64,000 nt of DNA, from the IMG/VR virus record IMGVR_UViG_3300042934_000426, positions 1-64,000 of that record. One strand, written 5' to 3'. A program made the translations under genes and the position numbers. Source of the stretch: a virus. Positions 19,076 to 27,051 of the stretch are shown here, one piece after another. The notes beneath the pieces were generated by a model. The model had not been told where the DNA came from. It saw nothing but the letters and a program-made list of their open reading frames with translations, and made no database searches. Position 1 is the stretch's first letter; each line of letters opens with the position of its first letter.

Positions 19076-19303
19076 CTAACCTAGAAATCTTACATCCTTC
19101 CATAGTCTTTCTAGTTGCTTAATTTCCTTTTCATCACTAATCCCTACCCAGCGAACTTGAAAGCCGTCTTCACCACCATATTTGAACCAGGTTTTTTCCG
19201 TGTTAATCATTAATGAGTACGTGCCGTCTACCGTTGTCACTTCGAAGCGAATTCCCTTCGGAAGTTTCGTAACCTCTTGAATCACCATTGTATTTTTCAT
19301 CAT
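19076..19303 (-). CDS. Hypothetical early protein
   Basis: Cassette-driven ORF. Confidence 0.65.
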   Translation of the reverse strand: MMKNTMVIQEVTKLPKGIRFEVTTVDGTYSLMINTEKTWFKYGGEDGFQVRWVGISDEKEIKQLERLWKDVRFLG

Positions 19304-19387
19304 TCTAACCAGCTCCTAGTTTTTTATTGGGGGAGCACCCGCTCCCCTCATTACTACCATACATACGACTTTTGTTTTTCTCTACGC
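19304..19387 (-). promoter_or_regulatory. Repeated promoter-hairpin-RBS cassette
   Basis: GCGTAGAGAAAAACAAAAGTCGTATGTATGGTAGTAATGAGGGGAGC..GCTCCCC. Confidence 0.8.
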
Positions 19388-19651
19388 TTCGATGTAGAAG
19401 TGAACCCGATTACCTAATTCGTTGTTACAGTTGTAGTAAGCGTAAGCGTCGATGTCTTCTTGAAACGTTCGGAAGCCTTCGTTGGTGTGTCGGAATCCTT
19501 CGCTAGTGTAGGCACCTCCAAAGCCATTCCCTAACCACATACCGCCAGGTCTTACGTTCGAAGGAAGCATACAGACGACTAAGGATTCCCCTGACTTCAA
19601 TCTCTTTAACTGGGCTCTTACTTGTGACTTCGTTACCTTTTTTAATTCCAT
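19382..19651 (-). CDS. Hypothetical early protein
   Basis: Cassette-driven; ends GCG TAG in the next cassette. Confidence 0.7.
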   Translation of the reverse strand: MELKKVTKSQVRAQLKRLKSGESLVVCMLPSNVRPGGMWLGNGFGGAYTSEGFRHTNEGFRTFQEDIDAYAYYNCNNELGNRVHFYIEA

Positions 19652-19745
19652 GCTTATCCAGCTCCTTTAGTTGTTTTAGGGGAAGCGCTTCGGAAGCCCT
19701 TCCCCTCATACTTACCATACATACGCCTTTTGTTTTTCTCTACGC
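19652..19745 (-). promoter_or_regulatory. Repeated promoter-hairpin-RBS cassette
   Basis: GCGTAGAGAAAAACAAAAGGCGTATGTATGGTAAGTATGAGGGGAAG..CTTCCCCT. Confidence 0.8.
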
Positions 19746-20411
19746 TTCCTTTTGAGCCTTTTGACGCTCTCGGTATAGTCTCGAAGCTTCTCGGCTGATA
19801 CGCTTACGCTCTTCGTCGGTTAATTTGGCTCGGTAGCGATTGGTGCGTTCACGGGCTAGCTTACGCTCATGCGCTACCTTCTCCCGCTTCGCTCGTTCTC
19901 GGTCTGCCTTCTGTTGGTTCGCCTTCTGTGGGTCTGCATAGTAGGCGTCTAGTCCTCGCTGACGTTTGGCTTCTCCGTTAACAACCTTCGTGCTCTGAAT
20001 CCGTACAATATCCGAAGTCATTAAGTCGTGCATTTTAATCGCTTGCACCGTCTTCCGAAGGGTGTAACATGGTAACCATCCGTCTTTAAAGTCAATAAAG
20101 CCCCGCTCTTCTTCCTCTTCGATTCCCGTACCATAGAAGTCATAGGTAATGACCACGCGCTCACGTAGGTTCTTCCAGGCTTCGAGCAATACGTCATAAG
20201 TCACTTCTTTCATGGTGTCTTCCAGCTCTTCACAATAAAGTTCCACTTCGATTCGGGTCACGTCTTCTAATGGCTTAATCATATGGTGAACTAATTGGTT
20301 CACACTTCCGAAGGATTCGATTGTGTCACGGGTGGCGATAACGTGAAGCTCCGTGCCTGTGTTCAGGTGTACTGTGATAGGGTATTCTCTTTCCATCGTT
20401 AATTCCGTCAT
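19740..20411 (-). CDS. Hypothetical protein with basic helical C-terminus
   Basis: GGAGCTGG RBS; ends GCG TAG. Confidence 0.7.
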   Translation of the reverse strand: MTELTMEREYPITVHLNTGTELHVIATRDTIESFGSVNQLVHHMIKPLEDVTRIEVELYCEELEDTMKEVTYDVLLEAWKNLRERVVITYDFYGTGIEEEEERGFIDFKDGWLPCYTLRKTVQAIKMHDLMTSDIVRIQSTKVVNGEAKRQRGLDAYYADPQKANQQKADRERAKREKVAHERKLARERTNRYRAKLTDEERKRISREASRLYRERQKAQKEA

Positions 20412-20500
20412 GCTGACCAGCTCCCTTTGATTTGTTTGTATTGACGGGTGTACCGTTCACATGAGTAGTATATGGGGGCTTTCGCCCCCTGGTGCTTGTG

Positions 20501-20659
20501 CTACCCAAAAATTTTTGTTTTGCCAATGACATACACGTTTTTGATTTGGTCTTTATAGCGCTCATACCAGGCTTCGAAGTCGTTGTTATTCAGGAATACG
20601 TCGGTGCATTTCATATGTTGGTCGTCCATAAAATTGTAGTGGTATTTAACGGTAATCAT
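20501..20659 (-). CDS. Small hypothetical protein
   Basis: RBS-supported ATG at 20659; promoter with TGAACAA boxes. Confidence 0.6.
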   Translation of the reverse strand: MITVKYHYNFMDDQHMKCTDVFLNNNDFEAWYERYKDQIKNVYVIGKTKIFG

Positions 20660-20770
20660 CTGACCAGCTCCCTTGTAGTTGATACCCTTATTATACACAA
20701 CAATGAACAACTTTAAACAACGCAATAAATGGAAAAAGCCCGCAACCCCTGGGGGCTACGGGCTTCGGTG

Positions 20771-21331
20771 TTATTCGGTAATGTAGGTAAATTTTGCTCT
20801 TGTGAATCCTTTGACACCTTTGAGGTTCTTTTCTGCTTGGTCACGTCCGATTCCACCTGTTACCATGCAATCTGTCTTACTCATGATAACACCCACCATT
20901 CCGAATTCTTTCAAGAAGGAAGTAGACTGAGATAAAGCTTTGTCTTTTTTGGCTTGCGGAAGGTCTTTCCAATTCTCGTTCTTTTCTAGTTGCTGTAGCA
21001 CCGTTAATTTTTTTCCCTTCATAACAGACTTTTCTACAAATTGCACCTTTATAGGGTCGTTGTAATTAGGTATACTTCCGAAGGCTGAATCTAATTCAAA
21101 GCTCCCTACCGCTTCAACGACTTGCTTCCATACGTTCATCGGGAAAGTGGCGTTCTTTACGGGCTTCCATTCGTCTTTGATTTTCTTCATCGTGATAACA
21201 TTAACAAATTGCTTACCGTTTAGCTCACATAGTTTTACGACGCGGTTTTCATACTCATTTACTGAAATCACTTTTACCAATGTTTCCATATCCCATGAGA
21301 ATTCTTTCTTTTCTGTTGTTTTCTTTGTCAT
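20771..21331 (-). CDS. PC4/YdbC-like ssDNA-binding domain protein
   Basis: VVKLCELNGKQFVNV....EWKPVKNATFP..VW resembles the PC4 fold. Confidence 0.5.
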   Translation of the reverse strand: MTKKTTEKKEFSWDMETLVKVISVNEYENRVVKLCELNGKQFVNVITMKKIKDEWKPVKNATFPMNVWKQVVEAVGSFELDSAFGSIPNYNDPIKVQFVEKSVMKGKKLTVLQQLEKNENWKDLPQAKKDKALSQSTSFLKEFGMVGVIMSKTDCMVTGGIGRDQAEKNLKGVKGFTRAKFTYITE

Positions 21332-21429
21332 CCTAACCAGCTCCATTTCGTTTTTGTTTTAGAAGCGAAGTCTTATCGACCCCGCTCCTTCATTACTAGC
21401 ATACATACGCCTTTATTTTTTATCTACGC
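21332..21429 (-). promoter_or_regulatory. Repeated promoter-hairpin-RBS cassette
   Basis: GCGTAGATAAAAAATAAAGGCGTATGTATGCTAGTAATGAAGG. Confidence 0.75.
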
Positions 21430-21804
21430 AAAAGATTGGAAACCGCGAACACCAATAATCTTATCATTCTCGTCACGAATAGCTGTTTCATTCGTTAGGG
21501 GGCTTATCACGTCGGGACGCTTCACATGCTTCGCTACAATATAGGACGCAATGTAAATTGTTCCTTCGACAGGTTCAGGAAGCCCATACACATCTTTGTC
21601 TGTTAGCTTCGCTACAGGAATCGCTAACTCTACGCCTGGAATCAATTCTACTGCTAGGGTTGTGCGCTCATGGTTTGATTCCATTCGAGCGATTTGCCCC
21701 GAAGTCTTGAACGTCAACTTCATTCCATTCGTGTCTATCAGTGTGACGTCGTGCGGGCATAGATTATGGAATTTTACACCTTTAAAATTTGTTGTTTCTG
21801 CCAA
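21424..21804 (-). CDS. Conserved viral hypothetical protein (NLxPH family)
   Basis: NLCPHDV...GLPEP..GTIYIAS..VA...RPDVISP...RDE...IIG; TTG start. Confidence 0.65.
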   Translation of the reverse strand: MAETTNFKGVKFHNLCPHDVTLIDTNGMKLTFKTSGQIARMESNHERTTLAVELIPGVELAIPVAKLTDKDVYGLPEPVEGTIYIASYIVAKHVKRPDVISPLTNETAIRDENDKIIGVRGFQSFA

Positions 21805-21892
21805 ACTAACCAGCTCCATTTCTCTTTTTATGTAAGAAAGCCATTGGCTTCCTCATTATTATCATACATACGCTATTTATTTTTCTCTACGG
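21805..21892 (-). promoter_or_regulatory. Repeated promoter-hairpin-RBS cassette
   Basis: CCGTAGAGAAAAATAAATAGCGTATGTATGATAATAATGAGG. Confidence 0.75.
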
Positions 21893-22406
21893 CTTCGAAA
21901 GAGTGGGTCATAAGCTCTCCACGGGCTTCTATAGCCTTTTGATTAGCTTCTTCAGCGGTTTCGTATGCTCCTAAGTAGACACGCTTTTTATTAATACTTA
22001 CGGAAGCCGTATATTTATCTAGTTTTTTGTTGTAGTAAACACCGCGATAACCTGTGCTATTGTTTGTTCGAAGCTTCGTAAGATTCTGATTGTTTTCTCC
22101 CTGGGTACATATACGAAGATTACTTCGCTTGTTGTTTAGTTTATTGCCGTCAATATGGTCAATTACTAGCTCGTCGGGACAACCCATGATTACTCGGTGT
22201 ACTCTGTACTTATTCCTATGAACGTAGTCTTTATCATGCCTACAATAGGTGTTCATAATGACATAGCCACGTTCATCTATTTGCCAGCTAAAGTCAGCTA
22301 TACCAATAATGCCCAGGTCTTGCGTATCAATAATAAATTCGCCCTTCGAAGTTATAATGTAAGTTATATCTCCTTCGATTCTGAATTGATTTCTCATGTG
22401 TAACAC
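21873..22406 (-). CDS. HNH endonuclease with AP2 DNA-binding domain
   Basis: VHRVIM...IDHIDGNKLNNKRSNLR plus STGYRGV...YLGAYETAEEA. Confidence 0.9.
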   Translation of the reverse strand: MLHMRNQFRIEGDITYIITSKGEFIIDTQDLGIIGIADFSWQIDERGYVIMNTYCRHDKDYVHRNKYRVHRVIMGCPDELVIDHIDGNKLNNKRSNLRICTQGENNQNLTKLRTNNSTGYRGVYYNKKLDKYTASVSINKKRVYLGAYETAEEANQKAIEARGELMTHSFEAVEKNK

Positions 22407-22469
22407 TCCCTTCGGTATATATTGTAAATCTTAGCACCACGGTTTGTAAATACTTTTCTCTACGGTGTC

Positions 22470-22496
22470 ACACACGGGCATACGCCCGCATAGAAT
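22470..22496 (+). promoter_or_regulatory. SigK/SigE-type (mother-cell) promoter
   Basis: AC-N17-CATAGAAT vs SigK consensus AC-N16-18-CATAnnnT. Confidence 0.5.
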
Positions 22497-22527
22497 GTAC
22501 GACAATGAAAGGAAAGGGTTGGTAACA

Positions 22528-22758
22528 GTGGAACAATTACCTAAAATGATTAATTGCCGTCTAAAAGCGGACGATAAAGACCTACAAGAAATGTTAGCGA
22601 AGGCTTCGGATAAAACCGCACGTATTAAGGAACTCATTCGAAAAGGATTAGAAGCCGAAGCCCAACCAAAGGTAAAGGAAATCAAAGCGCCTTCGAAGTC
22701 TTACACGTATTACCAGGGGGACATAAAAGTGGCAAAACCGCTTATACTCGTTCCATAA
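22528..22758 (+). CDS. Ribbon-helix-helix (CopG/ParR-like) DNA-binding protein
   Basis: MINCRL...DKDL..ML...[14 protein letters not shown]. Confidence 0.55.
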   Translation: MEQLPKMINCRLKADDKDLQEMLAKASDKTARIKELIRKGLEAEAQPKVKEIKAPSKSYTYYQGDIKVAKPLILVP

Positions 22759-22824
22759 GTAGCTGTAGCCTTATTTTATCACGATTCGTCAAACTTGTCT
22801 TCCATTGTTGGAAGTTATTCACCT

Positions 22825-22853
22825 TTGATATCTTCTTCGAAGCGGGGTATACT
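22825..22853 (+). promoter_or_regulatory. SigA-type promoter of the SASP gene (overlaps a SigF-like -10)
   Basis: TTGATA-17-TATACT; GGGTATACTA also fits the SigF -10. Confidence 0.55.
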
Positions 22854-22913
22854 AAGTTTAAGCAAGCGGGGAACAACACCCAGCTTGACTTACAACCCAA
22901 AGGAGAAGTGATA

Positions 22914-23105
22914 ATGATGGCACGTTCAAACCAATTAATCGTACCTGGTGTAGAAAACGCATTAAACAACATGAAAGCTGAAATTGCTTCCGAATTCGGG
23001 GTACAATTAGGCGCTGACGCTACAGCTCGTCAAAACGGCTCAGTCGGTGGCGAAATGACAAAGCGTTTAGTGGCATTGGCTCAATCTCAATTAGTAGGCA
23101 AATAA
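22914..23105 (+). CDS. ssp: Alpha/beta-type small acid-soluble spore protein
   Basis: [10 protein letters not shown].[21 protein letters not shown], the canonical SASP signature including the GPR cleavage site EIASE. Confidence 0.95.
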   Translation: MMARSNQLIVPGVENALNNMKAEIASEFGVQLGADATARQNGSVGGEMTKRLVALAQSQLVGK

Positions 23106-23106
23106 G

Positions 23107-23208
23107 GTGTGGCGACTACTGGTTATCTACGCGATACCACTAGTGGTTATAATAGTTGCTTTCTTATCTGATAAATTTTCGAAATGGGACGAATCAAATG
23201 GCTCTTAA
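23107..23208 (+). CDS. Small membrane peptide (33 aa, not in the ORF track)
   Basis: MWRLLVIYAIPLVVIIVAFLSDKFSKWDESNGS, directly after ssp. Confidence 0.4.
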   Translation: MWRLLVIYAIPLVVIIVAFLSDKFSKWDESNGS

Positions 23209-23301
23209 CTGAATATACTATGGATACCAGCTCCCGAACATACATGAACGGGATTTTAGCCCCAGGGATTTCCTGGGGCATTTTTTATAGGTGGTGATAG
23301 C

Positions 23302-23658
23302 ATGAACGCTAATGGGCACGCGATTGTTGGATTGGTCTTCGTCGTAAGTGCAAAAGTAATCGCGCCTGAAGTTGTAGGCGCACAGGAATTCGTCTTTACC
23401 CTATTCGGAAGTTTACTTCCTGATATTGACCATACACGAAGTACATTGGGTCGATTCAATCCCTTCGCCCGATGGATGAAGCATAGAGGAAAAACGCACA
23501 CCCTCATAGGCTCTATTTTACTTTGTATGCCGTTTTTGGTCTTCGGTGGACTTCTACCCTTCGGATTCGTTTTACTTGGCTGTGTCAGCCATTTAGTAGG
23601 TGATAAGCTGTATAGTTGGTTACCACGTAAAAAACCCTTCGCCATTCGTCTATGGTAA
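23302..23658 (+). CDS. YdjM-like metal-dependent membrane hydrolase
   Basis: GH...GSLLPDIDH...HRGKTHTL...SHLVGD. Confidence 0.85.
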   Translation: MNANGHAIVGLVFVVSAKVIAPEVVGAQEFVFTLFGSLLPDIDHTRSTLGRFNPFARWMKHRGKTHTLIGSILLCMPFLVFGGLLPFGFVLLGCVSHLVGDKLYSWLPRKKPFAIRLW

Positions 23659-23699
23659 AGGGTTTTTCTTTTACGAAAAATAATTTTTATCGGACACGC

Positions 23700-23726
23700 A
23701 CACATGGGAAGTGTGCCCATAAAATA
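23700..23726 (+). promoter_or_regulatory. SigK-type promoter
   Basis: AC-N16-CATAAAATA, an exact match to the SigK consensus, ~40 bp upstream of 23766. Confidence 0.6.
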
Positions 23727-23765
23727 CAGGGACGATACACCTAAGATACGAAGGAGCTGAGGAAC

Positions 23766-24224
23766 ATGAATCAAATAAAAACAGTAGGCACATTTCGGGA
23801 GATAGCGACACTAGAAAGAATGTGCCCTGAATTAAACTGGTTTGAGTACGAACAATTAATCGAAGGTCGAAGCTTTACCCGCTGGTATGTCAAAAATCGG
23901 AAAGTCATCAATAAGCTTGCTTTAGCCACTCCCGCTTTTGCTATGACGGTGTTCAAAGTATCTCCGATGTTTTTACTAGGAACGCTATTGCCACCGATTG
24001 CCATTCCTGTAGCGGGGTCGTTCTTCGCTGGGCACGGGGTCATTCTTCTTCATATGCTGATTATCGGTTTTTTAACGCTAGTGGTGACGACGTTCTTGAA
24101 GTTCACAGGTCGCGGGGACTTAGCGCCATTAGTTATGTTTGTGGGTGGGGGTGTCATACTCTATGAAACGTTGGGTCTCTTTAAAGCGATATATACGTCC
24201 GTCGCTACTTTTTTCAATATGTGA
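23766..24224 (+). CDS. Membrane protein with C-terminal SpoIIIAC/AD-like domain
   Basis: MLIIGFLTLVVTTFLKFTGRGDLAPLVMFVGGGVILYETLGLFKAIYTSVATFF resembles the SpoIIIAC pattern. Confidence 0.55.
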   Translation: MNQIKTVGTFREIATLERMCPELNWFEYEQLIEGRSFTRWYVKNRKVINKLALATPAFAMTVFKVSPMFLLGTLLPPIAIPVAGSFFAGHGVILLHMLIIGFLTLVVTTFLKFTGRGDLAPLVMFVGGGVILYETLGLFKAIYTSVATFFNM

Positions 24225-24322
24225 AGACGGGGTACAAAACCGCTTCGTTATTGGCATGATTATCGGCTTTTCTGCTATTACTGCCTGGGTACTCTATTTG
24301 ATACGGGAAGGGGTCTTCTAAC

Positions 24323-24526
24323 ATGCACTTAGAAGCATTAATCATTAAATATACGTTGGGCACGATGTTTCTTGTCGTTACCCTGGTCTTCGGGGTTAAA
24401 ATCATTCTCTTACTATCGACGGTGGCAAAGTTGAAGTTAACGAGCTTTATCGGAAGCCTGGCGGGTACGCCCTGGGACGTTATTGCCCGAACCTTCGAAA
24501 CGGTATTTAAAGGAGCGGTGAAGTAA
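24323..24526 (+). CDS. Small membrane protein
   Basis: Hydrophobic 67 aa; stop overlaps the ATPase start. Confidence 0.6.
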   Translation: MHLEALIIKYTLGTMFLVVTLVFGVKIILLLSTVAKLKLTSFIGSLAGTPWDVIARTFETVFKGAVK

Positions 24527-27051
24527 TGTTATTTAAGACCCTCTTTTATCCGTTGAATCGCAAAAAGCTAGATAGAGCTTCCGAAGAAGGGAAGCTCTAT
24601 CAAATTTTCATTGAAAAAGACGCGAAATTCAAGCCCAGCCAGTACAACAACTTTTTTGACAGTATTTACACCACGTATGACCCGAAAAACCCGCACCGCT
24701 GGCTTACCTTCGAATTCCACGGAACGACGAAGGGAATCGCCCTGTATAGCTGGTTATCGGGCGGAATTCCGCAAGGATTCCTTCAATCGAATATCAACAG
24801 CGTCCACCCGTCGGCTGAAACGATTGCCGTCGAAGACCTAGACAAAAAGGATTACGCCAGCTTCGGAAGGTTATATGGTATGGACGTGAGCTGTGCCACG
24901 CTAGAGCTGGACGGTCACTATCTCTTTAATACGTTACAATCGGACGGGGAACGAGTAGGAGCTGACTTAATGGCTTCGCTTTGTGCGTCGCTCGATAACC
25001 TGGACGATAACGAAGAAGTTGGCGTCCAATTTTTATTGCGTCCTGTCCACTTCCGAAGTCTAAACGTTGCCACCGCTCACTTTGAACTATACAAACGCTT
25101 CGGAAGACGACCAGGTAAGCTTCACTATCCATATGCGAAATATAACCCATACTTAGAAGTTCCGAAGGCAATTCTAGGCTCGCTCCAACATGCCATGGTA
25201 GGAAGTGCGGGTAGCCAGGACGTTCATACCACGATGACATCCATACAAAAGAAGCTCGAAGCGGGGGTGTACTTCGATTTGCTGATTCGGATTGTGAGCG
25301 CCCACCCAACACCAGGTCGTGCGAAGCTTCGGCTGGACACGGTGATAAGCTCATTCGCTCCCGCTACCGATAAAAATAGACTTCGACCGTACTCGAATTA
25401 CCAGGATAAGACGAAGAAGCTCGGCAAGTTCACCTACTATAAGGAAACAGGTCGAACGAAGTTTTTGAAGGACTTCGAAGCCCGTCGGATTCACACGTAC
25501 CCGATTGAGAACTACGTCACCCCTCCCGAACTCGCTACCATGCTCCATTTCCCTTCGGCTGACATTCCTGGGGTCATACGGCTTCGAGCGAAGAAAATGG
25601 CGGTGCCTGACGGAATCCATCAATATAACTCGATTGAAGAAGCCTGGAAAGATAAGGCGATTGTTTTCGGGGTCAGTAATTTCAGAGGAAGGCAAAAGTA
25701 CCTCGCGTTCAAGGACATCAAAATGCTTATGCAACATTTGTACTGCATTGGGGGAACAGGGAGCGGAAAAAGCTACTGGTTGAGTTTCATAGCGTTACAG
25801 GTAAGTAGGCACGCGGGGCTGACGTTCTTCGACGTCAAAGGCGACGTGGTGGACGATTTACTTCGCCACCTTCCGAAGAGCGAATGGGATAGGGTCTTCT
25901 ACATCGACTTAAAGAGCGAAGGCTGGTATCTCCCGTTCAATATCCTTCGTCAACCTGGTATGAGCGTCTATAACCTGGCAACGCTGATTGTGTCTACCTT
26001 CATTAAATGCTTCTCGGACGGCTCGATTAAAGAGCATAGTCAGAACGTCCTTCGTCAAGCGCTGATTGCGGTTATCTCAACTGACCCCGAAGGAAGCTTA
26101 CTAGAAGTCTATCGCATGTTCACAGACGAACACTACTTGGATTTGACGATTTCACGGCTCGAAGCACGGAACGAATACCCTGACGTCCTCAACTATTGGA
26201 AGAACATCTTTAAGAATATGAAGGCTTCGGGACGTAAAGGCGAAGCGGGAGCGATTACCAATAAGCTCGCTATGATTACCCAAAACGAGCGCCCCCGCTA
26301 CACCCTAAGTCAGCGAAAGAACGCACTCGACTTCCGTAAGCTCATGGATGAAAAGAAAATCATCCTGGTCAACTTCTCTATGGGTCAGAACGTAGACGAA
26401 ATTCTCATATTCTTCGGAACCCTGTTTACGAACTTTATCAGCCGTGCGACGTTCAGCCGTGACGATACGCACCGTGACAGCCGTGTTCCTCATTTCTTTA
26501 TCGTCGATGAATTCGAAATGTTTATTCACCAGGATTCGGATATGCGAAAATTTCTCGAAATGGCTCGAAGCTACGGGCTGGGGCTGGGGCTAGCCCATCA
26601 GAACATGGCACAAATAACGAATCCCGCTTTGCTCGGCACGATTAAGGATAACACCTTCAGCCAGGTCAGCTTGCTCGTCGGTGACCAATCCGCTCCATCC
26701 GTCGCCAAAATGTTTCCAGGCGTCGAAGCGGAAGACCTCACCAGCATGATAGAGTACACAGGCTTCGCACGATTCAAGAAGCTCTCCCCGAAGCCATTCA
26801 CCTTCGATAGCCTGGATATGACAGAATACTTCGGAAGTGTGAGCTGGGAAGAGGTCGAGAAGTGGAAAGATTCGTTCAAGCGTCAGCACTACAAGCATAT
26901 GCTAGAGATAAAAGAGGATATAGACGAACGCTACCGCACCGTCGAAGCGAATCAGGTTCAAGAAGGGGATTCCCCTTCGGTCAAGAAAGGGAACGCGACG
27001 GGTAAACTAAAAAGGGGGAAATCACATGGAACGATTCATTCACACACGTAA
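24526..27051 (+). CDS. VirD4/TraG-like (HerA-FtsK superfamily) coupling ATPase
   Basis: HLYCIGGTGSGKS (Walker A), FFDVKGD, PFNIL, FFIVDEF (Walker B), ARSYGLGLGLAHQNMAQI. Confidence 0.88.
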   Translation: MLFKTLFYPLNRKKLDRASEEGKLYQIFIEKDAKFKPSQYNNFFDSIYTTYDPKNPHRWLTFEFHGTTKGIALYSWLSGGIPQGFLQSNINSVHPSAETIAVEDLDKKDYASFGRLYGMDVSCATLELDGHYLFNTLQSDGERVGADLMASLCASLDNLDDNEEVGVQFLLRPVHFRSLNVATAHFELYKRFGRRPGKLHYPYAKYNPYLEVPKAILGSLQHAMVGSAGSQDVHTTMTSIQKKLEAGVYFDLLIRIVSAHPTPGRAKLRLDTVISSFAPATDKNRLRPYSNYQDKTKKLGKFTYYKETGRTKFLKDFEARRIHTYPIENYVTPPELATMLHFPSADIPGVIRLRAKKMAVPDGIHQYNSIEEAWKDKAIVFGVSNFRGRQKYLAFKDIKMLMQHLYCIGGTGSGKSYWLSFIALQVSRHAGLTFFDVKGDVVDDLLRHLPKSEWDRVFYIDLKSEGWYLPFNILRQPGMSVYNLATLIVSTFIKCFSDGSIKEHSQNVLRQALIAVISTDPEGSLLEVYRMFTDEHYLDLTISRLEARNEYPDVLNYWKNIFKNMKASGRKGEAGAITNKLAMITQNERPRYTLSQRKNALDFRKLMDEKKIILVNFSMGQNVDEILIFFGTLFTNFISRATFSRDDTHRDSRVPHFFIVDEFEMFIHQDSDMRKFLEMARSYGLGLGLAHQNMAQITNPALLGTIKDNTFSQVSLLVGDQSAPSVAKMFPGVEAEDLTSMIEYTGFARFKKLSPKPFTFDSLDMTEYFGSVSWEEVEKWKDSFKRQHYKHMLEIKEDIDERYRTVEANQVQEGDSPSVKKGNATGKLKRGKSHGTIHSHT

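Noticed and set aside
16411-21892. CRISPR array or integron cassette array
   Set aside because: Repeats are degenerate promoter/RBS elements separated by whole genes of variable length; no constant spacers, no attC-type ends, no integrase or cas operon (the Cas4-like gene stands alone in the replication module).
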